A stretch of 64,000 nt of DNA from Sphingobacteriia bacterium (GTDB taxonomy: Bacteria > Bacteroidota > Bacteroidia > Bacteroidales > TTA-H9): positions 9,325 to 73,324 of the forward strand of contig JAJTBW010000001.1 in assembly GCA_021286705.1 (NCBI GenBank), given 5' to 3'. The notes beneath the pieces were generated by a model, which was not told where the DNA came from, made no database searches, and saw nothing but the letters and a program-made list of their open reading frames with translations. How positions within the stretch are numbered: position 1 is the first letter of the stretch; each line of letters opens with the position of its first letter. Shown here piece after piece: positions 37,619 to 46,697 of the stretch. Both the position numbers and the translations under genes were made by a program.

Positions 37619-39061
37619 ATGGGATCTGATTTAAAGCGCTATTTTGAGCATGAATTATTCTTCCAGCAGACGGTAGCTTTTAATCTATTACAAAAGTTTA
37701 TAAGTGGTGGCAATTCAAGGATTTTTATTCTGAAAGGTTATGCTGGAACTGGAAAGACTACTTTAATGAGTGGTTTTATAAAGTGGTTGAGAGAGCAGCA
37801 TCTGACGTGGGTTTTATTAGCCTCTACAGGACGAGCTTCAAAAGTATTATCTGATAAGACCGAGACTTTATCCAATACCATTCATAGTTTTATCTATATT
37901 TTTCGTGACTTGGATGATGATTTGGATTCTCTTCTTAATAAAGAGGACAAGCTTGAAGTTAATGATAAAGGTCAGATAAGTCTTTTGTTTGATTTAAAAG
38001 TAGTTGGATCTAATCTTGAGAATATTTACATTGTCGATGAAGCCTCAATGATTAGTGATACTTCTGATGCAAATAGTTCATTTGCAAAATTTGGTAACGG
38101 TAAACTTCTCACAGATCTTCTGCGTTTTGATGCAAAAGGTCGGTTTATTTTTGTTGGAGATCCATGTCAACTTCCTCCTGTTGGTCAAGGCTTTTCGCCT
38201 GCCCTTTCGAAAGAGTATATTGAGAAAACCTTTGGAGAAAAGGTTGTTGAGTATGAAATGACGGAGGTTGTGCGACAGGCTAAAAAGAATGGAATAATTG
38301 ATGCTTCCCTGAAACTCAGAATTCTAAGGGATACAAATCCTGCTGTTAAATGGGCTTCTTTACCTTTGAAGGGGCATTCTAATATTGTTCTTCATGAATC
38401 ACATGCAAGTTTGTTAAGAATGTATATCTATAAAGTTAAAGAATTTGGGTTTGATTATACGACATTGCTTTGTCAAACTAACCGTCATTGTTCTGATCTA
38501 AACAGAATTCTCAGACCTGCCTTGGGTCTAGATAGTTATAGCTTGGCAGTGAATGACATACTATTGGTTACTCAGAATAATAATTTAACTGGTTTAGTGA
38601 ATGGCGATATTATAAAAGTTAATCGTATTGGAAATAGAATACGACGTTGTGATCTTTCTTTTGTAAATGTTGAGGTTCAGGAATTGGTATCTAAGAGGAT
38701 TTCGGAAGTACTTTTAATTGAGAATATTTTGGGTTCAATGGTGACGAATTTGAATTCCAAACAGCATAAAGATCTAATGGTTGATTTCTATCTAAGGATG
38801 AAGAGCCTGGGGATTAAGCAAAAAGATGAAGCCTTTAAAATAAGAATGTTAGAAGACCCCTTTTTGAATGCCTTGAGGTCAGTATATGGTTATGCCCTAA
38901 CTTGCCATAAAGGACAAGGAGGTGAGTGGAATGAAGTTTTTTTGTATCTGGATAATAAGATTCATGGAATACCAAAGCCCGAAATTTACCAATGGCTATA
39001 TACTGCTGTAACGAGGGCTAAAGTAACATTACATATAGTAGATGATTGGTTTGTTAAATAG
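37619..39061 (+). CDS. RecD/TraA-like SF1 DNA helicase (AAA_30 + UvrD_C_2-type)
   Basis: Walker A is GYAGTGKTTLM and Walker B is IYIVDEASMIS. Other helicase motifs are FVGDPCQLPPVG, ALTCHKGQGGEW and LYTAVTRAKVTLHIV. Confidence 0.8.
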   Translation: MGSDLKRYFEHELFFQQTVAFNLLQKFISGGNSRIFILKGYAGTGKTTLMSGFIKWLREQHLTWVLLASTGRASKVLSDKTETLSNTIHSFIYIFRDLDDDLDSLLNKEDKLEVNDKGQISLLFDLKVVGSNLENIYIVDEASMISDTSDANSSFAKFGNGKLLTDLLRFDAKGRFIFVGDPCQLPPVGQGFSPALSKEYIEKTFGEKVVEYEMTEVVRQAKKNGIIDASLKLRILRDTNPAVKWASLPLKGHSNIVLHESHASLLRMYIYKVKEFGFDYTTLLCQTNRHCSDLNRILRPALGLDSYSLAVNDILLVTQNNNLTGLVNGDIIKVNRIGNRIRRCDLSFVNVEVQELVSKRISEVLLIENILGSMVTNLNSKQHKDLMVDFYLRMKSLGIKQKDEAFKIRMLEDPFLNALRSVYGYALTCHKGQGGEWNEVFLYLDNKIHGIPKPEIYQWLYTAVTRAKVTLHIVDDWFVK

Positions 39062-39093
39062 TAGGTAGTTTTAAAAAAGTAACTATTGGGTTT

Positions 39094-40107
39094 CTATTCT
39101 TTATTTAGTTGAATTGATGCTTTTTGCAGTAAGAGTATCTTTTCAGTTAGATTGGATGGAGAGATTATTTTAATACTACCAGCAAATGAAAGAATCAGGC
39201 TTTCTAACTCATAGTTTATTTGTAAAAGTAGCTTAACTTCTAGGGTTTCTCTGTCTAACCATTTGGCTTTTTGAGAACCATGAATAGGTTTGGTTAGAAT
39301 ATAATGGCCAGTGATTCCCTTAAAGTGGAGTATAACCTCTTCCAAAGGACTATTCTCAGGTTTGGTGACACCAATGAAATCATCAAAATATTCTGACCAG
39401 TTTATGTTTCGATTAGGTTTGAAAGTATCAGATGAATCAGAACAGTTGTCAATTCGATCAATTGCTAGATTCCAATCTTCTTTGTTTTTTGTAGTGTTTA
39501 AACCATATACAAACCATCTGTTGTTATACTGTTTAAGGAAATAGGGATGAAATTGTATCACCGAAATTTTATCTTCATTATAAGGTTTGTATTCAATCCT
39601 TAAGACCTTTTTATATATGATTGCATTGTGAATTTTAGGCAAGTTTTCAAGCCCTTTTAGGTACGGGTTATTGTCGAAAGAGATCACTTGTTCTTGGTTA
39701 GGAATGCTTATTTGGTGATTAATTTTTGTTAGGATCTCTTCGAATCCGATAAACTGTGGCATCCCACTAAAATGAGAAAGTATTTCGGCTGCAGTTTTTA
39801 GGTTATTTAGTTCAACTTCGTTTAGTGGGAGGTTGTTAATAGAGAAAGAGAGGTCAGAATATCTATAGAAGACCTTATTGCCATCTCGAGTTTTAAGCAG
39901 ATCAATTTGCCAACCTTCAGAACTTTCCATGAAGAGAATATCATTATAGATTTGTCTTCGGCTAATTCCTCTGGAATTTGGATTTCTTTCGATAAGAGTT
40001 CTGGAACAAATCTCGACTAAGTCATCTATGCAATAACGTTTACCGGGATTCCTGAAGCAGTTGTCCAGGATCTTATATCGTAGAAAAGCATCTTTGTTTA
40101 TAGACAT
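39094..40107 (-). CDS. WYL-domain transcription regulator candidate
   Basis: 337 aa. The N-terminal wHTH-like segment is YCIDDLVEICS...SRRQIYNDILFME. The WYL-type core is IQFHPYFLKQYNNRWFVYG. It is divergent from the cassette leading into the cas operon. Confidence 0.6.
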   Translation of the reverse strand: MSINKDAFLRYKILDNCFRNPGKRYCIDDLVEICSRTLIERNPNSRGISRRQIYNDILFMESSEGWQIDLLKTRDGNKVFYRYSDLSFSINNLPLNEVELNNLKTAAEILSHFSGMPQFIGFEEILTKINHQISIPNQEQVISFDNNPYLKGLENLPKIHNAIIYKKVLRIEYKPYNEDKISVIQFHPYFLKQYNNRWFVYGLNTTKNKEDWNLAIDRIDNCSDSSDTFKPNRNINWSEYFDDFIGVTKPENSPLEEVILHFKGITGHYILTKPIHGSQKAKWLDRETLEVKLLLQINYELESLILSFAGSIKIISPSNLTEKILLLQKASIQLNKE

Positions 40108-40256
40108 GGTCTTGTTGAATTACTGATTTAATGCTTGGCAAGATAAATAAAAATCTAATTGTGCAGATTGATTGCACAGAGTCTAATTTCCTTTGCAATG
40201 TTTTACTGACTACATCGCAATAAATACTAATTGTTAACGATTTCATTTGAATACAT

Positions 40257-40553
40257 ATGATAAACTCTGAGAAACCCAGTTTTTATAGTCATGGATCATA
40301 TGGTGCTACTCTCTTTGACCCCCGGTGGAGAGAGAAACGTCAACGGATTCTTCAACGTGATAAAAATAAGTGTGTGATATGTAATGCAATTGAGAATTTG
40401 CATGTTCATCATCGACAATACCATTTCTCTAAATCATTGAATCGGTTTAAGAACCCATGGGAGTATTCTGATTCTCTATTAATAACGCTTTGTGAATCTT
40501 GCCATGGGAGAGGACATAATAAGTATACAGTACCTACAAAATATATTAAATAA
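40257..40553 (+). CDS. Small HNH endonuclease-like protein (98 aa)
   Basis: CVIC...LHVHHRQYH...LITLCESCHGRGH forms a Cys4 + HNH-type motif. Confidence 0.65.
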   Translation: MINSEKPSFYSHGSYGATLFDPRWREKRQRILQRDKNKCVICNAIENLHVHHRQYHFSKSLNRFKNPWEYSDSLLITLCESCHGRGHNKYTVPTKYIK

Positions 40554-40561
40554 CACTAACA

Positions 40562-41140
40562 ATGGGACTATTTGATTTTTTAAGACGCAACAGTAATGCG
40601 CAGGCAAAAGAACTGCCACAAACAAACGAGACGAAGGAAGAAAAAGAGCTACCGGAAATTCCAAAAAACCTGTTTATTGAAGATAATGAGCCAGTAGAAG
40701 TTAAGCAGGAGGTTGCTGGTAGAACTGATGTAAATGGGATTGAAGCGATCTATGCCTTTTTGCAAAAGGATTATGAAGAAAAAGGGTATAATGATGCAAT
40801 TGTAAATCCAGATGATAGTCATCTTAAAGATAATATAAAGGTGATAAGGTATGATCTGGAGATGGTTGTTGAAAGGGTACTCAATTATTATGATAATCTT
40901 ATTCTTGATATAGAATCTAATATTAATGCCCGAGCTAAAGCTGGTTTGTTTGATTTAGTTGAGCAGTTGAAAGGGAAAAAGGAAATGGTTATAAAGCATA
41001 TCAATAAAGTTAAGGAGTTAAAGGAGGAGGCAAATGATGAGGAGAGTATTACTAATCGTGCTATTCTTTCATATAAAAATGGCTTTATGAAGGGATTATC
41101 TGCCTTAACACACACTAACTTATTAAATAAAAACCTATAG
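40562..41140 (+). CDS. Coiled-coil protein of unknown function (192 aa)
   Basis: It starts 8 nt after the HNH gene and has a K/E-rich helical sequence. Confidence 0.5.
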   Translation: MGLFDFLRRNSNAQAKELPQTNETKEEKELPEIPKNLFIEDNEPVEVKQEVAGRTDVNGIEAIYAFLQKDYEEKGYNDAIVNPDDSHLKDNIKVIRYDLEMVVERVLNYYDNLILDIESNINARAKAGLFDLVEQLKGKKEMVIKHINKVKELKEEANDEESITNRAILSYKNGFMKGLSALTHTNLLNKNL

Positions 41141-41141
41141 C

Positions 41142-42119
41142 ATGAGAAATATTTGGATTCGTTTTGGTTGCTTTTTAACAGGCTACAATTACAAACTTGT
41201 AAAGGCTTCAAGTGAGGTTGTTACAAAGACAGTCCTTAGGTATACAGCTGCTCTACTTATAATAATGCCAGTTTGGGCTTTTATAGGTGCTACTTTTACA
41301 CTTAGGTATCTCCACGGTACTATGTTATATGCAATACTTGCCGCCGCACTTATGGTCTTTATTGTTGTTCAGATCGAGCGCCAGATTATTCTGGTGGTTC
41401 ATGGGAAAAGTGGGTTTACCAAATCCTTTAGAATTGCTATCGGTATCGTTATGGCAATTCTTGGCTCAGTAATACTTGACCAATATATCTTTAAGGACGA
41501 TATTGATAAAACTAAGATCACTACAGTTGAAAAGGAAGTTCAGAGATTATTACCCATTAAGGTGAATGAGCTAAATAATCAACTTGTCGATCTTCAGGGT
41601 ACAATCAATACCAAAGAGGAAGAACGGATTAATCTCGTAAATGATATTAATAAAAGTCCTGTTATTGCATCATATCAGATTAAAACCGATCAGACAAAAG
41701 ATGAAGCATCAGGTAAGATGGTTTCTGTGGGTCGGCAAGTTACTACTCAGACTATTGAAAACCCGAAGATTAAACAGTTAGCTCCGTTGAATGATCAGAT
41801 TCAGAAGCTATATGAGCGAAAGGTCGAGCTTGAAAAGAAGATCATTGATGTTAGAGTCAGTATTGAAAATGAATTGAAATCAAAGACTGGTTTTCTGGAT
41901 GAGTTAAAGATTATGTTTGAGATTCTAACTAGTCATTGGATATCAATGTCTGTGTGGATTTTGTTATTTCTGTTCTTTTTGATGATAGAACTTTTCGTTA
42001 TAGTTTCTAAATTTACTGATGTTGACAGTGATTATGAGAAGATAATACTTTCATCAATGGAGAATAGGAAAATCATGATAGATAAGCATGCTAAAAGTCA
42101 GATTGATGGTTTATCCTAA
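41142..42119 (+). CDS. DUF4407-like membrane protein (N-terminal TM cluster, central coiled coil, C-terminal TM)
   Basis: It starts 1 nt after the upstream stop. Hydrophobic segments are at residues ~35-110 and ~255-285, with a long heptad-like middle. The family assignment is from memory only. Confidence 0.45.
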   Translation: MRNIWIRFGCFLTGYNYKLVKASSEVVTKTVLRYTAALLIIMPVWAFIGATFTLRYLHGTMLYAILAAALMVFIVVQIERQIILVVHGKSGFTKSFRIAIGIVMAILGSVILDQYIFKDDIDKTKITTVEKEVQRLLPIKVNELNNQLVDLQGTINTKEEERINLVNDINKSPVIASYQIKTDQTKDEASGKMVSVGRQVTTQTIENPKIKQLAPLNDQIQKLYERKVELEKKIIDVRVSIENELKSKTGFLDELKIMFEILTSHWISMSVWILLFLFFLMIELFVIVSKFTDVDSDYEKIILSSMENRKIMIDKHAKSQIDGLS

Positions 42120-42181
42120 TAGATGTTGACTTAGTTTATTAAAACGAAATGAAAGTTTAACCTTATAATATTTGATAGATA

Positions 42182-42388
42182 ATGGGTTATCCTACGAAGT
42201 CACAACGAAAAAAGAAATGTCCACGGTGTGGTAAATATGTTCCTACATATGCAACTGACTGTTATGATTGTGATTGGGATTTTGATTTTGTTGTTGGCAG
42301 TCAATATGTAGGTAAGAAGCGTTGCCCTAGATGTGGCGAAATGATACCGAATGAATGGAACTTTCATACTTGCGGATGGAAGTTTTGA
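42182..42388 (+). CDS. Double zinc-ribbon mini-protein (68 aa)
   Basis: Two CPRCG...C-x-x-C-type units are present: CPRCGKYVPTYATDCYDC and CPRCGEMIPNEWNFHTC. Confidence 0.5.
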   Translation: MGYPTKSQRKKKCPRCGKYVPTYATDCYDCDWDFDFVVGSQYVGKKRCPRCGEMIPNEWNFHTCGWKF

Positions 42389-42487
42389 GATTGAACCCAC
42401 AGAGTATTTCTAAGATATTAAACTTGACTTAGCTCTGTTAAAGTTGAATGAAAGACTAATGGTGTTGATTATAAAAATTCTAAATAG

Positions 42488-43156
42488 GTGCGAAATATTA
42501 AATTAATACTGGTTGTTTTTAACACTGAACTGGAATCATTTGAGATGCCTGCCTTTAGGGGAGCCATAGTTGAAAAAGTGGGTCGGGAGAATGATTTATT
42601 TCATAATCATTTAACGTCGGATCAATATTACTATCGTTATCCTATGATCCAGTATAAACGATTGGGGAAGCGACCAGCAATTCTTTGTTTGGAGCAGGGT
42701 GCTGATGAGCTCTATAAGTTTTTTCAAAATAGAGATTGGACAATATATATTGGGTCACGTCAACTCGAAATGAAAATATTTAGTCTGGAGTTTCATCATT
42801 CTGATGTTGGAATTGAATCCGGGTTGACTAGCTATGAGATAAAAAATTGGCTTGGCCTCAATAGTCAAAATTATAATGCTTATCAGGAACTAGATAGCTT
42901 AGTTGACAGAATTTCTATGTTACAAAAGCTTCTGGTGTCAAATATTCTTAGCTTCGCTAAGGGAATAGGATGGGATGTTGATCAACAAATAATTGTTACG
43001 ATTAATCGAATCAATAATTCAAGATTAGTTAATTTTAAGGGGCAACAATTGATGGCGTTTGATCTTGCATTTAAGACAAATGCTGTTTTACCAGACTATA
43101 TTGGTTTAGGTAAAAGTGTGAGTATTGGTTATGGAACTGTAGTCAGAAAAAAATAA
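42488..43156 (+). CDS. cas6: Cas6-like crRNA-processing endoribonuclease
   Basis: GTG start, 222 aa. FRGAIVEKVG...LFHNH...YRYPMIQYK is followed by a C-terminal glycine-rich loop GLGKSVSIGYGTV. It is the first gene of the cas cluster. Confidence 0.6.
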   Translation: MRNIKLILVVFNTELESFEMPAFRGAIVEKVGRENDLFHNHLTSDQYYYRYPMIQYKRLGKRPAILCLEQGADELYKFFQNRDWTIYIGSRQLEMKIFSLEFHHSDVGIESGLTSYEIKNWLGLNSQNYNAYQELDSLVDRISMLQKLLVSNILSFAKGIGWDVDQQIIVTINRINNSRLVNFKGQQLMAFDLAFKTNAVLPDYIGLGKSVSIGYGTVVRKK

Positions 43157-43159
43157 ACT

Positions 43160-44626
43160 ATGCAGAAAAGATTTCTTTATGGAGCTTCTGTGCAAGGTAT
43201 ACAGAGCTTTATCTTTCAGACCAACAAGCTTAAAGAGATTGTTGGTGCCAGTGAATTGGTTGATAAAATTTGTACTGAATTTTTTCAAGATTCCTGCAAG
43301 TGTACCCCAATTGAGACGAACCTCAATTGGATCATTGGAGCGGCAGGTAATATCAAATATCTCTTCTCTAGTGAAGAAGAGGTAAAATCTGTTGTGTTAG
43401 ATTTTCCGAAAAAGGTGATGTTGATGGCGCCAGGTATTACCTTAAGTCAGGCTGTTGTTGAAGTTGAGGGTGATTTATCTGTAGATCACATCAGTGAACT
43501 AGAAGGGCTGTTGAAACTACAGCGAAATAGAATGGTTGATCCATTCTATTACGGTTATATGGCTACAGAGAGGAGTCGGCGAACCGGTGTTGTATCTTGG
43601 TCAAGCGGTTCTGATTATGAGGATTTACCATCTATTTTGAAAAAAGAACACAATGGAAAAGGGCTGCTAGAGAAAATTGGACATTCTCATCTTGAGAGGC
43701 AATTTGTTTTTGACATTGAAAGATTTGTTTCAAACGAGAAAAAAAGTTGGATTGCCGTCGTTCATGCTGATGGAAATTCCTTAGGAGTGGTAATTCAAAA
43801 ACTTTCAGCAGTACTTAAAGGCAAAGTTGGAAGTGAGATTGTGGAAAAGTATAGATCCTTTTCGCAAAACTTGGATATGGTTACTAGAGCGGCAGCCAAG
43901 GAGGCTTTTAGTGAGATTTTCAGTGATGAGATTAAAAATGGCACTGAGATTGGCTTTCGGCCAATTGTTATCGGTGGGGATGATCTAACGGTGATAATAC
44001 AAGCATCTAAGGCGGTTCCATTCACTCAATTATTTTTAGCCAAGTTTGAAAAGCTAAGCTCTGAGGTCTTTAAAGGATTCTTTAAATCAATAGGTCTGGA
44101 AAAGGAATGTTTAACAACCTGTGCAGGTATCTCTTTTGTTAAGTCTTCCTTCCCGTTCCATTATGCTGTTTCTTTAGCCGAGAATCTCTGCAAAAAAGCT
44201 AAAACGGCATCTAAGAATACTGATAGAGTGAACCCGCCATCTTCATTAGCTTTTTTTAAGGTGCAAAGTAGCTTTGTTGATGATCTGGATGAGATGATAA
44301 AGAAAGAATTGGTGTGTAAGAGTGATAGTTTATCTTTCTTTTATGGACCCTACTTCTTAAATCAAGAACCTTCAATTGCGCAACTCAGCAAAAAGGTTGA
44401 AAAATTGCGTGAAGAAAGAGCTCCGTCATCGCAGTTACGTCAATGGTTGACAGAACGTTATCATGATAAAGGTGCAGCAGATATGCTAATTGACAGAACC
44501 ATCGAGATATTGAGAAGAAAAAAACAGGGACATTTTATTAAAGATTTAGATCTTGAGTCATTAAAGGATAGTAATAATAAAGTTTGCCCGGTTTATGATT
44601 GGATTACGTTAAACTCTTTACAATAG
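43160..44626 (+). CDS. cas10: Cas10 (short, HD-less) with intact cyclase/polymerase palm motif
   Basis: The N-terminus FLYGASVQGIQSFIFQTNKLKEIVGAS is typical of Cas10 right after the HD position. Palm motifs are WIAVVHADGNSLG and PIVIGGDDLTVI (GGDD). Only 488 aa, with no H-D motif region. Confidence 0.8.
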   Translation: MQKRFLYGASVQGIQSFIFQTNKLKEIVGASELVDKICTEFFQDSCKCTPIETNLNWIIGAAGNIKYLFSSEEEVKSVVLDFPKKVMLMAPGITLSQAVVEVEGDLSVDHISELEGLLKLQRNRMVDPFYYGYMATERSRRTGVVSWSSGSDYEDLPSILKKEHNGKGLLEKIGHSHLERQFVFDIERFVSNEKKSWIAVVHADGNSLGVVIQKLSAVLKGKVGSEIVEKYRSFSQNLDMVTRAAAKEAFSEIFSDEIKNGTEIGFRPIVIGGDDLTVIIQASKAVPFTQLFLAKFEKLSSEVFKGFFKSIGLEKECLTTCAGISFVKSSFPFHYAVSLAENLCKKAKTASKNTDRVNPPSSLAFFKVQSSFVDDLDEMIKKELVCKSDSLSFFYGPYFLNQEPSIAQLSKKVEKLREERAPSSQLRQWLTERYHDKGAADMLIDRTIEILRRKKQGHFIKDLDLESLKDSNNKVCPVYDWITLNSLQ

Positions 44627-44631
44627 CAATT

Positions 44632-45243
44632 ATGAAAGATATTACTTATAGCATAAAGTTTTATTCACAATGGCATTGCGGCTCGGGCGAATCGCAAGGA
44701 GCCGATTTAGATGCGCTCGTGATTAAAGATAGACAAGGGTTGCCTTATGTGCCCGGAAAAACCGTTAAAGGGTTGGTTAGAGACTCTTTTTTGGAACTTG
44801 ATATAATTGGTTACTTCGACCACAAGGGAAAGGAAATTGAGATCTTTGGTTGTGGTTATGACTATAAACAGAAACCTAAAACTGACGATGGTAAAAAGGA
44901 GCAGGGAATAATCAACCAATCTAGGCTTTATTTTAGTAATGCTGTATTAAAAAGTGTTGTGAAAGATGAGATTGAAAAAGCATCACTCATCCCATTTTTA
45001 TTTAATAAAGTGACCAGAACCTCAATTGACGAAAAAGGAGTGGCAAATGAAATGTCATTACGCTCCATGGAGGTTACTGTACCAGTGGCCCTAACTGGTA
45101 AAATATTAAATGTGGAAGATCAGTATGTAGATAGTATTATAGATGCTATGAAGTTTATTAAACGATTAGGTAGTGGCCGGAATCGTGGACTTGGTAGATG
45201 TTCATTTGAGGTGTTGAATATATCAGAAAGGAGGACTATATGA
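44632..45243 (+). CDS. cas7: Cas7-family RAMP (Csm3/Cmr4-like)
   Basis: WHCGSGESQGADLDALVIKDRQGLPYVPGKTVKGLVRD is followed by the C-terminal G-rich loop RLGSGRNRGLGRCSF. The start is taken at MKDITY, just after the cas10 stop. Confidence 0.75.
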   Translation: MKDITYSIKFYSQWHCGSGESQGADLDALVIKDRQGLPYVPGKTVKGLVRDSFLELDIIGYFDHKGKEIEIFGCGYDYKQKPKTDDGKKEQGIINQSRLYFSNAVLKSVVKDEIEKASLIPFLFNKVTRTSIDEKGVANEMSLRSMEVTVPVALTGKILNVEDQYVDSIIDAMKFIKRLGSGRNRGLGRCSFEVLNISERRTI

Positions 45244-46697
45244 AGACTATAACATTTGTATGTAAGTTTTTAAGCGATGTGGTGTTGACTACTTCAGCTG
45301 CAACTGAAGGGGTTCATGCTTCTTTGGATTATATTCCGGGAGCTGTGTTCCTTGGTATTGTGGCTAAGAGGTATGACTCTTTCAAAGAACTAAATGCTGC
45401 ATATGATATCTTTCATAGTGGTAAAGTTCGTTTTTCTGATGGTCAAATATACCTGAATGGTCAACGCTCATTTAAGACGCCTTTACTTTGGTCAGCCCCA
45501 AAGTCAGAAGGGAAGAGTGGTGTTTTGACTTTTAGCGCAGCATGTAATAAGGAGCAGATGGCTGACAATCTTGCAAAGGGTCTGCAATTTAAGCAAATGC
45601 GAGATGGTTATTTTGTTTTAAATGGCAATGATGCTATAAAAGTGGAAATCGAGAAGCAATTCGCCTTAAAGTCGGCTCAAGACCGTGAGACCAGAAGAGC
45701 AAAGGAAGGGAGTATCTTTGGTTTTGAGTCTATTGCAGCTGGAACGACCTGGTGTTTTAGGATCGATATTGATTCAAGTGTTGAGCATCTTTCTGATAAA
45801 ATTGTAAAGGCTTTAATTGGAGTGCATCATATTGGGAAAAGTCGTTCTGCTCAATATGGGCTTGTGCAAATTGATGAGATTAAGCCCCTAGAAGTAAAGG
45901 CAGAGCTTTTTAAGGATCTATTTATTTATGCTGATTCTAATCTTTGTTTTTTCAATGAGTTCGGTTCCCCTACGTTTACGCCAACCGTTGAACAGCTAGG
46001 ATTTAAAAATATGAAGATAGACTGGAAGCGTTCTCAGATTAGAACTTCTAGTTATTCTCCATATAATCAACATCGAAAGAATAGAGACCAGGAGCGACTT
46101 TGCATTTCAAAAGGCTCGGTCTTTGTACTTACCGGAGAAACACCTTCTAATCTACCTAACAGGGCATTTGTTGGAGAGTATTTGAATGAAGGGTTGGGGC
46201 AGGTTTACTTGAATCCTTGGTTCCTTAAGTATGATGAGAAAACTTGTGAATTTGAGTTGAAACTTGGGAAAACTCAAGAACCTGATTTACTGCAAGATTA
46301 TGCTGCTGGTGAAGCGAATCGTTTTGATCAGGCTTTGTTAGCTTACTTACGGACTAAAAAGTCAGAAATCGGGGATAGTTTTTATATTACAAATGCTGTA
46401 AATGAATTTGTCACTAAAGCTAATGAATTTAGAGGGATCACGAAGAGTCAGTGGGGTGCGATAAGAAGTATTGCTGAGTCAAGTAAAGATGCAGATGAAT
46501 TAATGAATCAGTTATTCAATAATAGTAACGCTTATTTAACCCATGGAATTGCTGCAAATGACTGGAAAGAGTATGGTAGGTGCGATAAACTGAAGAAAAA
46601 TCTGCTAGAAGTAAAAGGGACGCTTAATTTAAATGAATATACTGTTCTTCTAGCTTCAGAAATGGCAAAGAAATCAAATAGAGAAAATTATGAGTAA
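45240..46697 (+). CDS. csx10: Csx10-like (Cas5-family) RAMP
   Basis: 485 aa. The N-terminus is LSDVVLTTSAATEGVHASLDYIPGAVFLGIVA and a later loop is IGKSRSAQYGLVQI. The position after cas10-cas7 is as in type III-D loci. Confidence 0.55.
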   Translation: MKTITFVCKFLSDVVLTTSAATEGVHASLDYIPGAVFLGIVAKRYDSFKELNAAYDIFHSGKVRFSDGQIYLNGQRSFKTPLLWSAPKSEGKSGVLTFSAACNKEQMADNLAKGLQFKQMRDGYFVLNGNDAIKVEIEKQFALKSAQDRETRRAKEGSIFGFESIAAGTTWCFRIDIDSSVEHLSDKIVKALIGVHHIGKSRSAQYGLVQIDEIKPLEVKAELFKDLFIYADSNLCFFNEFGSPTFTPTVEQLGFKNMKIDWKRSQIRTSSYSPYNQHRKNRDQERLCISKGSVFVLTGETPSNLPNRAFVGEYLNEGLGQVYLNPWFLKYDEKTCEFELKLGKTQEPDLLQDYAAGEANRFDQALLAYLRTKKSEIGDSFYITNAVNEFVTKANEFRGITKSQWGAIRSIAESSKDADELMNQLFNNSNAYLTHGIAANDWKEYGRCDKLKKNLLEVKGTLNLNEYTVLLASEMAKKSNRENYE

